The notes: generated by a model from the sequence alone, not told the origin. A stretch of DNA of 63,654 nucleotides, filler included, from Conidiobolus incongruus B7586 (GCA_000697335.1; 8 parts of 8 records of this genome joined end to end with filler, not necessarily neighbours in it); one strand, 5' to 3'; positions 1 to 15,367 are shown, numbered from the whole stretch's first letter. Made by a program: numbers and translations.

Positions 1-3000
1 TATATATGTATGCATATAGAATATCCTGAATTATTTCTTCAATACTGTGATAATTTTTATTAAATAGAAAAGAATTAATTAATGATCCTCACAAAAAGTT
101 CAATTATGATTAATATACTTATAAAATTAATTTATCTGTGTTTTTAATCACTTATATCTCCAATATATAATTTTTATATTTATACTCGATTAATGAATAA
201 ATTAAATATTATTTACTCAAAAACAGATTCTAATATATAAGATTATATTAGCAAGATTGGTGAAATAAGTAAAATTTAGTCATATATATAAAAAGTGAAT
301 AATTTTAAATTTAAATTTTAGATAGGTTTTTTCTAATAGTTTTAAATTTAAATGTTAAATATATGAATAAATAAAATATTATTTCAATTCACCATGGTAA
401 ATAATAACGCCTTTAAAATATTGTTTTGATAATTATAACAACTAATATAATATTATAAAAATTTCATAATATATTCATAAAAAATTTATATTTAGAAATA
501 CATAATGTATATAATTATAAGAAACCAAAAATGGGGGTAAATATAAATATTAGTGATATATATAAATATATGAAACAAATATACTAATCATTTTAGGGAA
601 GAATTTTCTATTAAAAAATTTCAAATTTTAGTTTTTTCTCTTAATAATACAACTAAAGGATTATTAAAATATTGAATTAATATATCAAATATATGAGCTA
701 TTTGTGAATATCATAAAAATGATAATTAAACTTCAATCAAAATTTCCTTTTAAGAATATTTTTATATTTTAAAATTGATAAAATTTCTAACCAATCATTT
801 ATAAATTGGAAAATTTCATAGTAAATACTTCAAAACATATTATATTCAGCGATATCAACTCAAATATTGGGTTTGATATATCTAATATAGTATTTTTAAA
901 TCAATTGATTATACTATATTATAATCATAATGTTAAATTAAAAAATTGATCAATATACTATAAATGTATTTTTAAATTCAATTCAATTACTAATTTTCAC
1001 TAAAAGCTCATTATACCAATAATAGGAAATTCAATTTTATAAAATAAATTTTATATTTACATAGTAAAATGTTTGTGGTATTAAAGTATAAATAGTATCC
1101 TTGGCAATTATAAAAAATGGATTGATCAACTTACATTTGAAATTTTATTGCATATTTTCCCATAAATTTGTATTTATTCAAGTATCTCCTCACATATAGA
1201 CCCTGTAATTACTAATTTTATATCTATATTAGTGAAATGATATTGTACTAATAATAGGATAAAATTTTAACCAATTTAGATAATGAAATTAGTTTAATTT
1301 CTTTGTAAATTCATTATATTATTCATATTATATATAAGTATTGTTTATAATTTATGTTAAAATGTATAAATTAAAAATTTATTATCCAAAATTTGAGTTA
1401 TGAAATCATTCAATAAATTAAAATATGACAAAATTTTATTACAAATCAATGTTTGTTATTAATCTCTCAATAATAAATTAATAATTAATAAAATCAATTG
1501 ATGAATAAATAAAAAATACATTAAATTGATTTTTTTATTAATTCATTATCAATCAACAAATATATTCAGCTATGAACTTATTAAGTACATTTTAGTTTCT
1601 AACGCGCTTATTTTAAAATATAACTTGGTTTAAAATTATATCATAGATCAGGGTATCAATGAACGGAGCATTCAAACTCAGCTTATGAGAATATGATTGG
1701 ATATAATAAAATTAGATTTATACTCTAGTTTTTGGGGCATTTAGTTTCCTCTTAACAATATATTGATTAGTAATGCTCTGCTTAATAATTGTCATTCAAT
1801 TACGGACAATTATTTAAAAAAAAAGAATAAGCTTAAATTTCTAGTTAAATATAATTATTTATGTTATATTAAACTTTTTACCCGTAACATATTATTCATT
1901 TTACTCAAGTTAGTAATATAATATTCATAAATTTCTAAAAATAGGATACAATTCGAATCAAATTAATTTTAGCAGAATTTTGATTAATAATCGGTTTTCT
2001 GAACAACTAAATTGCTAGGCTATTATTCCGGGAATAATTACTAAACTTGGTATCAACAACCTAGAATCTTTAAATTGGAATTTCAATTTAATGCTTAATC
2101 TTAATATACTCATATGTACAACAATTCTTTTTCAGCTGATATATTTTATTATAAATCTATTTTATATAAAAAGTTTTATAAATCGCATTTCGAAGTGCAT
2201 TTTGCATCAAATAATAAATTTAATAATTAAAGGTAATTTCGCTGCGCATATAATATTCAATATAATTTGACCAGCTTTTTATAAACAGCTTTTGAAACTA
2301 ATTTATTAATATAATTTTATATTGATTTTATTAATTATAGGATTTACTTTCTAGAATACTGAAAGATAATCTGAATCAAATTTGATAACATAAGAATTAA
2401 ATATTAAATAATGTCATTAGTTGAATTATAATTTATTAATAGGAATATATTAATTTTAAATTTATTTAGATTTTTCACATTCGCTTTAAACTAGAAAATA
2501 ACGGTCACAAAATATTAAATTGAATAAATGAAAAATTCAGTAATTATTCAAATAATTAAATAATAAAAATTGTTAAGAAAAATAAAAATTACATGTTTAA
2601 CAGATACTGAATAAATGTTTTAATTTAAATTTAAAAGTAAATAATTCAGGTATAATTGTAGATAGTCCCTAGAACATAAGCTTCAAAATTTATTTACTTT
2701 TTCTTTCATTAAAATTTACCGATCAAGTGATAGTTGAGGGTTATTTATAATACGTAATTACCTTGAATTTTTCATTATTTTAAATTCGGTATATTGATTC
2801 CTAGAAAAATTATTATTATTATTATTATCATTTATACTTTTAACATATGCTAATCTTCTTATAGCTTGTAAGATACTCAGATTAGCATTCCGATAAGGAA
2901 TCCTCAATGAGTTATTGATTTAATAAATTTAAAGCCATTTCTTATTTTTCAATAAAAATTGAAACTTTAACAATCAATATCATGATAAGATTCGCAAAAT

Positions 3001-5753
3001 ATGTATTTTATATCAGTAAAATTAATCTATTGAGAATTATTGGTTTATAATAATTGACAAAAATATTTGATAGTTCCTTAATACTGTTAAATGAATATTT
3101 ATTAATTCGGAATATTCCATAATGAATAAATGAATGAATTATATTGAATAAAGAATATTATTTGAAAATTTCAAGTTTATAGTATTATTAAATTATGACT
3201 TTTAATGATATCATCCATTTATATACAAATCAATATAGTAAAACTATTTTAACTAAATTTACTAAATATACGTTTTTGTATATTCAAATAAATAAGAATA
3301 AGAGGAATATACTTGTTTATACTTGTAAAATATTCAACTGCTTTGGGAGATTGTTAACTAATATACTAGGTAGTATTAATATATTTTAACTATTCATAAA
3401 AAACTGAAAAGAGTTACCCAATTTAGGTTAAATCATAAATTAATATTTATTTAAATGAATAGTATAGGATATTAATAGATAAAATAATTATTGATTTTTA
3501 ATTCAATGAAACATTAAATATTTCAGAAACATCTTATACATATTTGGTTAAAATTAATTTAAAACAACAATTGTTCTTTTTAATTAATAACAACTTGATT
3601 TAAATATATTCAATTTTTCTTTTTTTTCAGTTCTGAATCTTTATTTTCATAGAAGGAATGTTCATTAAATCTAATTGATATTTAAGTCTTTCAAATTAAA
3701 TCTAGAATATATAATTAAATTATTAATACTTAATTAACTTATATTATTATTAGAATTTTTATTATTTATACAGTTATTATCTTAATGATATTTTCTTAAA
3801 TTATTTTGCAAAAATTAGAATTATAAATATGAGTGGATTATGAAATTTTATAGTTGAAATATTGAAAATTATTGGCTCTTTTGAATCAACAAGGGATAGA
3901 AAAAAAGGGATGTAATAGTTTAGTAGTATTAAAGTTTCAATAGAAACCTATTACTAAGAAATCCCTTATCTTCAAATATTAAATCCCTGATTCATTACTA
4001 TTTTTCCCATATATCACAATTTCTAGTTTTAATATAAATCATATTTTATGAATTAAGAATTCATTTATGATTAATACAGTTTTTAATATTAAATTAGAAA
4101 CTATTGAATTGTGTGAATGCTATCGATAATTTAACCCAATCAGATATATGAATTACGATCAATTGAGATAAATTAGATCGAATTTTGTATGCCATAGGCA
4201 AAGAGATTGAGAGTATAATTTTTCGTTTAATATAATCAAATTTTCTTTTAAAAGATATTTAATGTTTTTATAGTAAAGATTGATTTCAAAAAGACTAATT
4301 TCAGCGAATTTGAAAATACCGTTATAGCATAACTTAGTATAGTAAGGCTTTGGAGATGATATTTTACCTTATTTATTCAGCAAATTTTACCCCAACTATT
4401 CCAAATTGGAGAAACCAAATTCAAAATTAGGGTACAAAAATTATAAAACAAACTTTTATATATATCTTTATTGCTATATTATATCTTTCAATTTAATTAT
4501 TAGGATTAATACGAAATAGATCAGCTTTACAATGTTAGAAAATGTAAATATTGGAAATTGATTTTTATAATAAATTCCAGTATTAATTAATGGATATATA
4601 ATTTTCATTTCACTAAATATGTAAAATTAAGGAGCTATTCTTGTGGTTTAAATCCAGCAGCGACATTAGAACCCATGTATAGCAGTCCGTCGCAATTAAT
4701 TACGAATATATCGTATTCTAGCTAGTCTACATCCGTCAATAACTTGTTGCTTGGTAGCAGAATTCTATAATTTCGATCCTATGGTCAATATTGTATGGTG
4801 ATATTATTCAGTGGAATTGGAACAGGCTACAATGATAGTCAATACATCCACTGTAGACCAAACTCTGTGAGTTTCATCCCTTTTGATTACTATTGAAGTC
4901 AAAAAAACATTCATTGGAAAAGCCTAAATATGATTGGGTAAAAGTTTTTACAGAGCAATAGTAAATTTAATAAAAGAAGTATGGGGTACAATTCAGTTTT
5001 TAGTTAAGGCTAACTCAATAAAAGTCTCAGCTCATCCCTTGAATATTTTTATCAAATTGTAATAAGAAATTGAATCATCAACTATTGATATTATGGTTGA
5101 TAGGCCATTCTTTATTAGGCAACTAGTGGTGGGGTAATTTATCCTTGAGATATTGATAATTCCTTTTTGAATAACCAAATAATTATTTATCAAACTTTTT
5201 ATCATTATTATTATTGATCAAAATATAGTAAAATAAATTATTGTTTTTATTGACCCCTTATCACTAATATGAATTCTTTCAATTTTAACAATATTTTACC
5301 AAATTCAATAATCATATATTTATCATATATTAGATTTTAGACATTGAGCGATATATCCCAGCATCATAGCCTTTAACTAAAATATGAAGCTTAATATCAA
5401 GAAGCACTGATAGGCTATATTGCTAGTTTATAAAATGTAGAATCTATTTAAATACAGATGTACATACCCCATTCTGATTGTATCGATTTCAAAATTTCGA
5501 TTGATACAAATAATAAATTATGAAAATCCCTTACTTAAATTAGAACAATATCGCATTTTTCATTTTTAGTTTATGAATACAAATATGATAATGGTAAAAT
5601 GATTATACTCTACAATAAATAGTTTATCATTTTCAACAGCTTGATCAGAAATTTAAAATTTTAATCATATAAATTGATATTTCTAAGATATATCATTGTA
5701 TATTATCATGTTTAAAGCTTTATATATTTTATGTTATTTTATTATAATAATAA

Positions 5754-5756
<3 letters not shown>

Positions 5757-5790
<34 letters not shown>
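5757..5790. repeat. (AT)n microsatellite
   Basis: Perfect AT dinucleotide run. Similar runs occur near 8087-8113, 19005-19025, 42266-42291 and 61485-61509. Confidence 0.95.
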
Positions 5791-5796
<6 letters not shown>

Positions 5797-6371
5797 TACT
5801 GTTTTTATTGTTAAGTTTAAATACTATTCTTATGAACAATATAAATGATATTAATTCTGATTAATCGAAAATATGTGATCATATTCTTTGATAGTCAATA
5901 TGTTTAATATATGTTCAAACAGTTACCTTATATTTATGAATACATAAATTGATTTTTATATTATATAATAAACTATCTCACAAATATTACATAATGAATA
6001 TCCAAAGAGTAAATTATGAAAGGCCGAGTTATAAAACCATTAGCAATCAGAAATGTTGAATTTAAAACCTATATCAAATAAAACAATGTGTATGGATGGA
6101 TGAAAATCATACCAATAACAGATGAAATTGTATAAAATTTACTGCAAAATATTGATTACTTGAATTTTATACAAATAAATATCTGTATTTAGCTGAGATA
6201 TGCGATAATTGACAGCTATGATCTCATCATTCGAATTTGATGATAGTCAATATTGGAATTCCGAATGGGTTATGGGCCAATCAGAATCATTAAACAACAG
6301 CTAACTCCAAAATTATTTTTCAGATACGAAACAGGAAAATTATATAGAACAGTCAATGAACGTGAGAAAGG

Positions 6372-6427
6372 AGGGGGTTAATAGAAAGGTTGTGTGTACT
6401 GAAAGGTGAGTGAGATACGGAAAGGGG
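6372..6427 (+). promoter_or_regulatory. Two STRE-like (AGGGG) sites upstream of the C2H2 factor gene
   Basis: AGGGG at 6372-6376 and AAGGGG at 6422-6427, with CCAAT near 6277 and TATAAATA near 6460, 150-200 bp before the ATG at 6577. Confidence 0.45.
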
Positions 6428-6576
6428 CTATAGTTTGTCAAAAATAGTTTTTGAAAAGTATAAATACCAAGCACTTCTCCAACCTGGAAGAATAAAATTT
6501 ACACCTCCCAGGTTGATTTTAAAACCTACATATCTATCTCTTTTCTATTGGACACTAAATCGAGTTCTTTATAAAA

Positions 6577-7323
6577 ATGTCACTTCCTTACTCTTCCCAC
6601 CCTCAACAAACTATCTCAACCCCAACTCTGTTATCAAACTCGATATCTTATTCTGAAGAATATTCTCATTTGTTGCCTCAGAACCTGCCTTCACCTCCAA
6701 TCAGCCCTCCTTTTGCACATCCAAACCATTCACCTTCATGGTATGCAGGATGCTGCTTAGATTTAGCCGAATTCCAGCAGGACTGGTCTTCAATGCAAAT
6801 GAACTCTTCTACTCAAGAGTACAACCCTGCTTATATTCCAATCGACTATACTAACCAACTTCCATTACCTTCTCCCTCTCTGTGCCCATCCAACCCTCAT
6901 ACTGATCCTGCTATCTATTCATCTCCCTCAATGTTCGATCCTGCTTTTCCTCCCATATATGATAGTACTCTGATGGCAACAGTGACTCCATCATCAGAAT
7001 TTCCACCTATTAATCGTCCTGTTTCAAGGCTTCAAAGCATGTCTTCATCAAAATTCCCTATTAAATCCGATCATCGCATTGAGCAAAGAAACTATCTATG
7101 CACACAGCCTGGATGTGGCAAACGTTTCAAACGTGCTGAGCATTTGAAGCGTCACGTGAGATGCATTCATAATCACGATCGTCCCTTCACTTGCCCTTAT
7201 CCATCTTGTCAAAAACCATTCTCAAGATCGGATAATCTCACCCAGCATATTAAAATTCACCAGAGAACCGAAAGAAAGCAGTCTCAGGAGCACTCTGAGC
7301 TGACTTACGTTTCTCAAAAATAG
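6577..7323 (+). CDS. C2H2 zinc-finger transcription factor, Msn2/Seb1-like
   Basis: Intronless 248-aa ORF. Pro/Ser-rich N-terminus and two C-terminal fingers, [24 protein letters not shown] and [23 protein letters not shown]. The recognition helices match the Msn2/4 type (RxEHLKR, RSDNLxQ). Confidence 0.9.
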   Translation: MSLPYSSHPQQTISTPTLLSNSISYSEEYSHLLPQNLPSPPISPPFAHPNHSPSWYAGCCLDLAEFQQDWSSMQMNSSTQEYNPAYIPIDYTNQLPLPSPSLCPSNPHTDPAIYSSPSMFDPAFPPIYDSTLMATVTPSSEFPPINRPVSRLQSMSSSKFPIKSDHRIEQRNYLCTQPGCGKRFKRAEHLKRHVRCIHNHDRPFTCPYPSCQKPFSRSDNLTQHIKIHQRTERKQSQEHSELTYVSQK

Positions 7324-8085
7324 GAGCAATTCCATTCCACAGCTGTTGAATTGCCTAAATTGAATTGATTTGATTCTGCTCTCGCTGGATTTAATGAGCA
7401 TCAAATTTGTCAAAATGACTTATTTTCCAACTCTGCCCTCACTTTCCTTCCTAAATTATTTCTCCCCCTGAACCCTTCATACTTAATTGGCTTAATTAAT
7501 GCTTGAAACTGCTAATAATATGAACAGCATTTTCCTCACCCTGATTTACACTGATCAACCAATCACAATTGGGAATTCCTTCTCTCGTATTTGTTCTTAG
7601 TATTCATACCAATCAACAAAATTGGATGTTACACTATATATTTTTATTTACCTATCATCGTCAACCTTATATAAGCATTGACTATCTTAAGCATCTGGAC
7701 GTATGACTTCATTGTATAATACTTGACAAAGATATAAGGGACTAGGTTTGATACTTGGTACCTTTCAAAAATCTATATTAAAAAGTTTTCAATTCAATTT
7801 TCTCATTATCTCATTATTTCATCCATGATCACAATCTCCTCAATTCAGTGAGTCATAACAGATTTGCAATTTTTAAGAAACTTTCATACCCCACACTCAT
7901 TCAAAGGAGTAACTCCTATCCACCAAACATCAGTTTTGCTTATAATTATTAAATTTAATTTAATATAAATTTTTTAATAAAAAAAACTTCAAGAGCTAGT
8001 CTCTTGAATCCAAAAATCAATAATTGCATTTAATTAAATAATTATATTAAATGATGATTTCATTATACTTGTTGAGAATGGATTG

Positions 8086-8116
<31 letters not shown>

Positions 8117-10793
8117 TTGTTTAATGTTATTGGTTCTATATCAATGATAAAAACTTGAGTTAATTAAATCTTGTTTATTAATTTATGAATCAAGCAATTT
8201 GATTGGTTAATTTTATATTGAAATTATTAATATATATATATATATATTATCTTTAATTAAATTTATTTTAATATAAATAAATATCAAAATTTAAAAGAAT
8301 TATTAATAAATGATTAATGAATATATCAAAATGAAATTATCAATTGAATAATACTTAAGTCAATTATAAGAAATACTTGAATATATCAATAATGTAATAA
8401 TTTATAACTTAAAACTAATTTTAATTATAATAAATTATGAAATGTGATGATAACCTCATATTTAAATCAATAATTAGTAAAAAAAATTTATTATTATTAT
8501 TATTATTATTATTTAATTTAGAATTTTATTCAATTAAAAATTTAATAAATAATATTTGTAAGAGTAATAATATCAAAATATATTAACTTTTTGATATTTA
8601 TATATATATTTGATTTTGATTGATAAAGTAGTGAATTACCTTTAACAAAAATCATATAACTTAATTTATTAAAAAAAAGTAATTTTTTTGAATCGAAACA
8701 TTTATGTGATAATTACCGATTTAGATTAGTCAAATAATATCCTAATAAGTAAAATGAATAAACAAAAATTGCTATTTTAATTGTGAGTAAATTGATTGAA
8801 TTATAATGCTAATTTTTAATAAATAATATAAGTCTTTTTTGATTTAGCAATACAATCACAAATTGTACTGTTTATTGATTAATAATCGCCTGATTTGCCT
8901 ATTTCATTATAGTCTAATCAAACTATTAATTTTTCTTATTATTTTTTTGTTTCTTTATAATTCTAAATAATTCACTCCTTTAGTTATTCATTGCTTTATA
9001 TATAGTTTTTTTTTAAAATTAATAAAAGATTAAATATTAATTAGAGTGATTTATATTTATTGCAAAAATTTGAAGAAATGAGGTGAATTTTTTGTAATAA
9101 TTAATTATTTAAATAGTGAACTCATTTAATATTATTTTGAATATTACAGTCTCAATATAATTTTGAATTATTATATATTAATTTGGGATTGATTTTGATA
9201 ACATACGTTAATTTCAGTATTAGTACTTGATTGTAATTAATTTTCATTTTCAAAGTTCATATTAAAAAAAATCCTCCTATTCAAATATATATTGGGCGTC
9301 ATTTAATTTTTTAGCATTTATTCAAAAACAACATATTTGGTTTGTGTTTATTAAAACAAAATAACTATAATGAATAGTATTATTTATTTAACATCCCTTG
9401 TTTTTAATAATATTTTATCCAATTATATTAAATTATCTAAAATCCCATTGATAAATTTGTATATTTGCTAATTTATGGATGTCAAAATGTTTAAAGCGAG
9501 TAACAAATAAATCTTGAAAATTTTCATTACTTAAGGCCGATAGCATATTCAAGTTATTTTTTTATTGATTTCAAGCTAAATAAATATATATTGTTTTAAT
9601 ATTAACCAATAAAATGTATTATTTATACATAATACTTGAGTGAATATAAATGCTCGTATTTGTTACTATTTTGAGTTTATATTAAATTTTGATTAATACA
9701 TATTTATTATCTCGGAATTAACTATGATAATTAATTGACTATATTTAATATAAAATCACAAAATATACACTATATATTCTGGCAACAAAGTTAAAAATGA
9801 ATTTATAGCATATAAAAGTGATCAGCAATATATTTATTCAACTTTTCACTCCAAGCTATTTAGTAAACAAGGATACAAAGGTTTATTGCTATCAATATAT
9901 TACAAAAATTGTCACTTTTCAAAACCTACAATAAATCAAATTATCAATTTATTGATTTATTGATATATATCAAAAACTTCACTTTTAAATCTATATTTAT
10001 ATTAATTTCAATATAAATATTTTTAATTAAGAAAAACAATTAAAATATTAAAATTTATTTAAAAAAAATAATATTTTTTTAAATTATATCATCTATATAG
10101 ATTTTTTTATTTATTTTAATTTAAAATTATTACAGTTTTTTCTTTCTATTATAATTTAATATATTTGCAATTCTTTTTATTAAGGAACAAAATAAATTCA
10201 GTGTTACAAATGTGGGTATTTAATATTTATCAAAATGATACTGTATTTAGTCTAATTGAGTTATATTGAATATATAAATATTATTATTATTATTATTATT
10301 ATTTTTGATATATTAGTGAGGATTGTTTTTATATAAAAAATTCATTATTTTCTTTATAATAAGTTATTAATTATAAAAATTATTTAGTTTAAATGAAATT
10401 TTTTAAAATTTTTATTAAGATAAAAATTAATTTTATAAAATTTAAATATTTTATACTAATTCTTTAGTACTCTATTAAATATTCAAACAAAGGAATATAA
10501 ATAATTATTATCAAAAGGATCGAGAAAATATGATTAAAAATAAGTTAGCTACGATATAGGTAATATTAGATCTTACTACCATGTTATGTTTTATTTAACT
10601 GATTCGAATATATTTTGTATTTGATATTGTTTGGATATAAACACAAAATACTATGGATTCCTTATTGATTTTATTCAATTATTTATACTTATATATAATA
10701 ATAAAAACTAATAAATTTTGAATTTCAATTAATTATTTATAATTATATTATATCCCATTTATTCTTCAAATTAAATATAAATAGAAGAAAAAA

Positions 10794-10829
<36 letters not shown>
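10794..10829. repeat. (TAT)n microsatellite
   Basis: Perfect trinucleotide run. Confidence 0.9.
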
Positions 10830-10831
<2 letters not shown>

Positions 10832-13800
10832 TTAATGTTTTATTAAAGGCGTTATTTTAGCAAATTTATCTCTATTTTTCTAAGTAATATTATCCTTATT
10901 TAATTAAATAAATTTTTTTTAAAAAAATAATTATAATTTAAGTAAATTTTATAAATAAATAAAATTAATATATTAATAATATCTATTACTATTAGAATTT
11001 TACTTTTAAAATCTAAAATTCCTATTAAAATCAGTATTAAATAATTATATGCTAATATATCGCTAAGATTTATTACAAGTAGAGCCCTTAATAAAATGGT
11101 TCAAAATATTTTCTAAATACAATAAACCTGTATTTTTAACTTAAATTGATAGATTTATTTTCGAAATACAAATTTTCATATGATAAGAACTAGCAAAAAA
11201 ATAATTTTTTATATAAATTATTTTATTGTAATTAAAATAAAATTTACTTATGTTTAAAACGTAAAACTCAGTATTAATATATTTAATCAAAATCTAATAT
11301 TAATATATATTATTAAAATAAGTCAGATTTTATTCAATAATTATATAATTTCAGAAATAATAAAAAATATTTATAAATATGATTTCATTCTAATTCTTCC
11401 TCGATATTACTTATAGATAATTTTTAACATTAAATTAATTCTTGATTAATTTATCAATATTACTGGATTGAAGTACACTTAATTCCATCATTGATTCAGG
11501 GCCTTAACTCCTGATTTAAATTAAAATTCATAATTTTATTTACTTTTTTTATTCAAGTACATTTAATTATTTTGTTCTTTTTTAATTTAAAAATCAAAAT
11601 TATCATATAATAATATAATATTATTATTTAAATCTTTATTAACTCTTAAATTTTTGAATTCTATTAACTTATTATTTTATATTATATTATTATTATTAAT
11701 ATATTGAAAATATTTTAGCTGTTTGAATATTCTTCATATTTATTTAATAAATATATTTTAAGTAATATCACCGTTCTAAAAGCTTTTTTCTTAGTAATAA
11801 TTTTTTTCTTTTTTATTTTAAAAGTTGAAATGAAAATAATGGTAAAAGCCATATGGTAAATTAACCCAGCTTATTTACTTTTAGGAGTAAAGGGGCCATT
11901 TGGAGAAGGTGCTGAGTTAATGACTACAAAATGACAAAATAAAATGGATATTTTATTATTAAATTCAGGTTCGAGATGCTATTCGAATTGTTTTTGTATC
12001 ACTCCACAAATTTTTAAGCAGGTAATGTACATTAAATATTATAATATATATTCTAATATTTTTAATGGATATGATTTATATTAAATTCAAAATGAATCCA
12101 TTAATATATTAATAAATATACATATCCATTTAAATTATTAAATTTTTATTAATTTTTAGTAATTCATTCTTCATAAGGATCATAATAATTGTAATAATAT
12201 TTTATTGCTGTAATTATTCAGTTGAAATTATTTATATTAGTTCAATTATAATAATGATAAATAACTTGATTTTTTTAAATCTATTTTTTATTCTTATATA
12301 TTTGTTATTTATTTAAAAAGATTTGCAAAATACTTTGGAGTTAATATCTAATAAAATATTTTATGAAGTATAAGTATTTTGATTAACTTTGTTAAATTTA
12401 ATTCAATTGGTGATAAAATCAATTTGATTGGATAATAAACTTAAGAAAAATTATTTATAGTTCTTTATTATTTGATAAAACTCATATCTGATAATTCGAA
12501 TTTATTATTTTATTTTGAGAATTAGAAAAAACAGTAATAATTATTAAATATATAATCATAACACAGTTTTTCAGTCTTAGCTTTTCATATCTGAGAAACT
12601 ATAATATTAAAACTTATATATAAAATTCAGTTAATTTGTAATCTATCAAATTTAATAAACCACAAATCCTATATTGTAGTGGATATATGAAAGATTCATA
12701 TTATTCAAATACATTTGATTTATTGATAGAATAATATATGAGCATATCATTATATCGTCATAAATTCATATGAGATAAAATGATACTTGGTAAAACCCAA
12801 GATTCAATCTTAGTATATATATATAATAATTTTTAAATTTTTAATTTTAAATCAATTATTCTTTAATTTCATATATTTTTACTAAGATTAGATAAAAGAA
12901 ATGAATTATCTCATTAATTTTTAGATCTTTTTAAAGAATAAAAATAGTTTGTAAACAACTTACCCCTTATTTTAATCTATTATAACCATTCAAGCATATG
13001 CTTTATATTTCCAAAAAATGATATCCATAATAAACACTGTTTTAATTGTATTTTATTGGATGAAAATTTATTCCAATTAATCCTGAATCATAGTGATTTT
13101 TAAGTTATAAAATAATATGATTAACAAAAATTATATTTTTATATTGACACCAAATGGAGAATGAAAATAATCGATTAATATTTTAAATTCTTGGAATATT
13201 AACTAATTTTTTATATTGGATTCTCAGTTATCTTACATATTAATAAAAAAAGAAATTTAAATTGATTTATTAATTTTTATTGAATCAAAATTAAGTAAAA
13301 TAGCTGCTTAATAGTTTAATTAAATGAGGTTCTTTCATTGATTATAAAGATATGATAAAAAAATATGACTCAATTTTCAAAAATTCATATAAAATATTTA
13401 ATAGATTGACCAATTTCATAAGCATATATTATATACTATACATTAAAAATTGTTAAAATTTTTATTCTCTTTTCTGTTGAATAATAGGTATTTCTCTACT
13501 ATTTTAATATTATCATATTAAATACTCTAATTTCTATCATTTAATCTTGAGATATATACTACGAATCTTTCAATTTTATAGCAATAATAATAATATCCAT
13601 TATTAAAGCATTTAAAAATTATACATGTATATATAAATATATTTAAGACTTCATCATAGGTATAATAACTTGAGACTACAAGCCCATTGATAAAATTTCA
13701 ATCTAAATTTGACAATATTGAAAAACAAAGGTGGAAAGGTTAAAATGGCAACAAAAGTAATAGATTAAAAGTTCGAACATCCTCAAGTTTCTAGTTTTTC

Positions 13801-14440
13801 CTTAACTTTAAAAACTGACGATTTTAGAGCGATTATTATAATGATTCATATCATATTTGGAAGTAAAAGCGATTGTGAGTTGAGTTTCAAATTTAAAGGA
13901 TTGCTGAAAATTATAGAATTGAAATTGCAGTAGAATCAGTTGAGATTTTGACATTTTGTTGAATTTGAAAAATATATACCTTTTTTTTGTTTTTCTTGAA
14001 AATTTTTTAATTTAATATAGATGGAATATTTTAAATTAAATATCAAAATTTTTATGTAATCTCTTTACACGTTCTATTTAATGCAAAATATTAAATATTA
14101 ATAAAGTTTAACATAAAATTAATTTATTCTTACCATTATATCTTTTTATCTGCTTAATGGAGGTTTATTTTTTTCTTTTTTATTTTGTTAAAAGTTTAAA
14201 TGAAATAGATTGTAAAAACTTAATAAAAATTAGAATTTTATGTGGTGTTTTGTCTAAATTATGCAATATATCAATCTTTATAATTTCATGAGTATATATG
14301 CATTTCAACTATTACTAAATATATTTAAAGTATTAAAATTATTAAACTGTAATAAATTATATCTATTATTTAAAATAATAATGTATAGAATATATTTATA
14401 AAAATATATAGTTTATTAATTTACAAAATAAAATAATTAA

Positions 14441-15367
14441 CTATGTTTGAGAGTTAAAATTAAAAATATTAAAATTATAATCTATTTCGGTAATCGTTAT
14501 TATAATAGGAATTATTATAGTTAATGATATTAATAAGAGTTGGGATATACCATCTGTAACACTATTAACTAACGTTTTACTCAAGATCCCCTTTAATTTG
14601 ATACCGAATTCCATACAGCATGGGATCATGACGAATGTGAAAATGGTCAAATGGTGAACGAGTTGATTCTTGTCCCTGTAATAGCTCATAAACTGACTTG
14701 TTGAATTCTTGGAACTGGCAATGGATTCAGTTAGCCTGATGTTTAATTTGGACTGAGTTTCAAAGTTGCCCTGATGCACACCAAACTTGGAACTTCTGGA
14801 TTTGTTAAATGTCACTAGGATGAAGATGCTGGCTAGATAAGTCAAAGTTCCTGCCAGGTTTAAAGCAGTTAATACGATATAAAGCGCATGAGATTTAGTA
14901 GATGTGGTATACTTGACGGAACAATATAGCTTGGAAGGCATTTGGGTGTAGTAATCAAATCCTGCGAGAGTACCACTAAAAGCAAAGAAAGTAAGAGTAA
15001 TTACAACCATACCAATGATATAGTACTTGAGCTTAATGGCGTTAGAGTTCATCAATTCAATTGTTGAGCATATAGTCAAATAACTGATTGAAAACAAAAG
15101 TATATGATACCCCGTTAATTGCATTGTACCACTAAACCGACAAATATCTGAGTTGTTGAGCACTGAATTAAAATCCAAGAATAAATTGAAGGTTAGGTAT
15201 CCAAAACTAATAATAATACCACTAATACTGAACTGTAAATAAACTACATCTTTACCGCGCCACTTACACAGTTTAGCTTGTATTAAAGTAATAAATATTA
15301 AATTAATTAATAGACTAATTATATTCAATATAACAGCTATTAAACTGACGGTAGAGTAAGTGTGCAT
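14441..15367 (-). CDS. Orphan 7-transmembrane, class-A-like GPCR
   Basis: 308-aa intronless ORF with seven hydrophobic segments, a Cys at the top of TM3 (ICRFSG), a Cys in ECL2 (PSKLYC) and a long polar loop between TM5 and TM6. Confidence 0.75.
   Translation of the reverse strand: MHTYSTVSLIAVILNIISLLINLIFITLIQAKLCKWRGKDVVYLQFSISGIIISFGYLTFNLFLDFNSVLNNSDICRFSGTMQLTGYHILLFSISYLTICSTIELMNSNAIKLKYYIIGMVVITLTFFAFSGTLAGFDYYTQMPSKLYCSVKYTTSTKSHALYIVLTALNLAGTLTYLASIFILVTFNKSRSSKFGVHQGNFETQSKLNIRLTESIASSKNSTSQFMSYYRDKNQLVHHLTIFTFVMIPCCMEFGIKLKGILSKTLVNSVTDGISQLLLISLTIIIPIIITITEIDYNFNIFNFNSQT

Noticed and set aside
3195..3389. 64-aa ORF
   Set aside because: AT-rich chance ORF with no motif or coding-like composition.
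11861..12135. Small imperfect inverted repeats (TTAACCCAGC/GCTGAGTTAA; AATGGATATG/CATATCCATT)
   Set aside because: Short, single-copy here, no target duplication; cannot support a MITE or ncRNA call.
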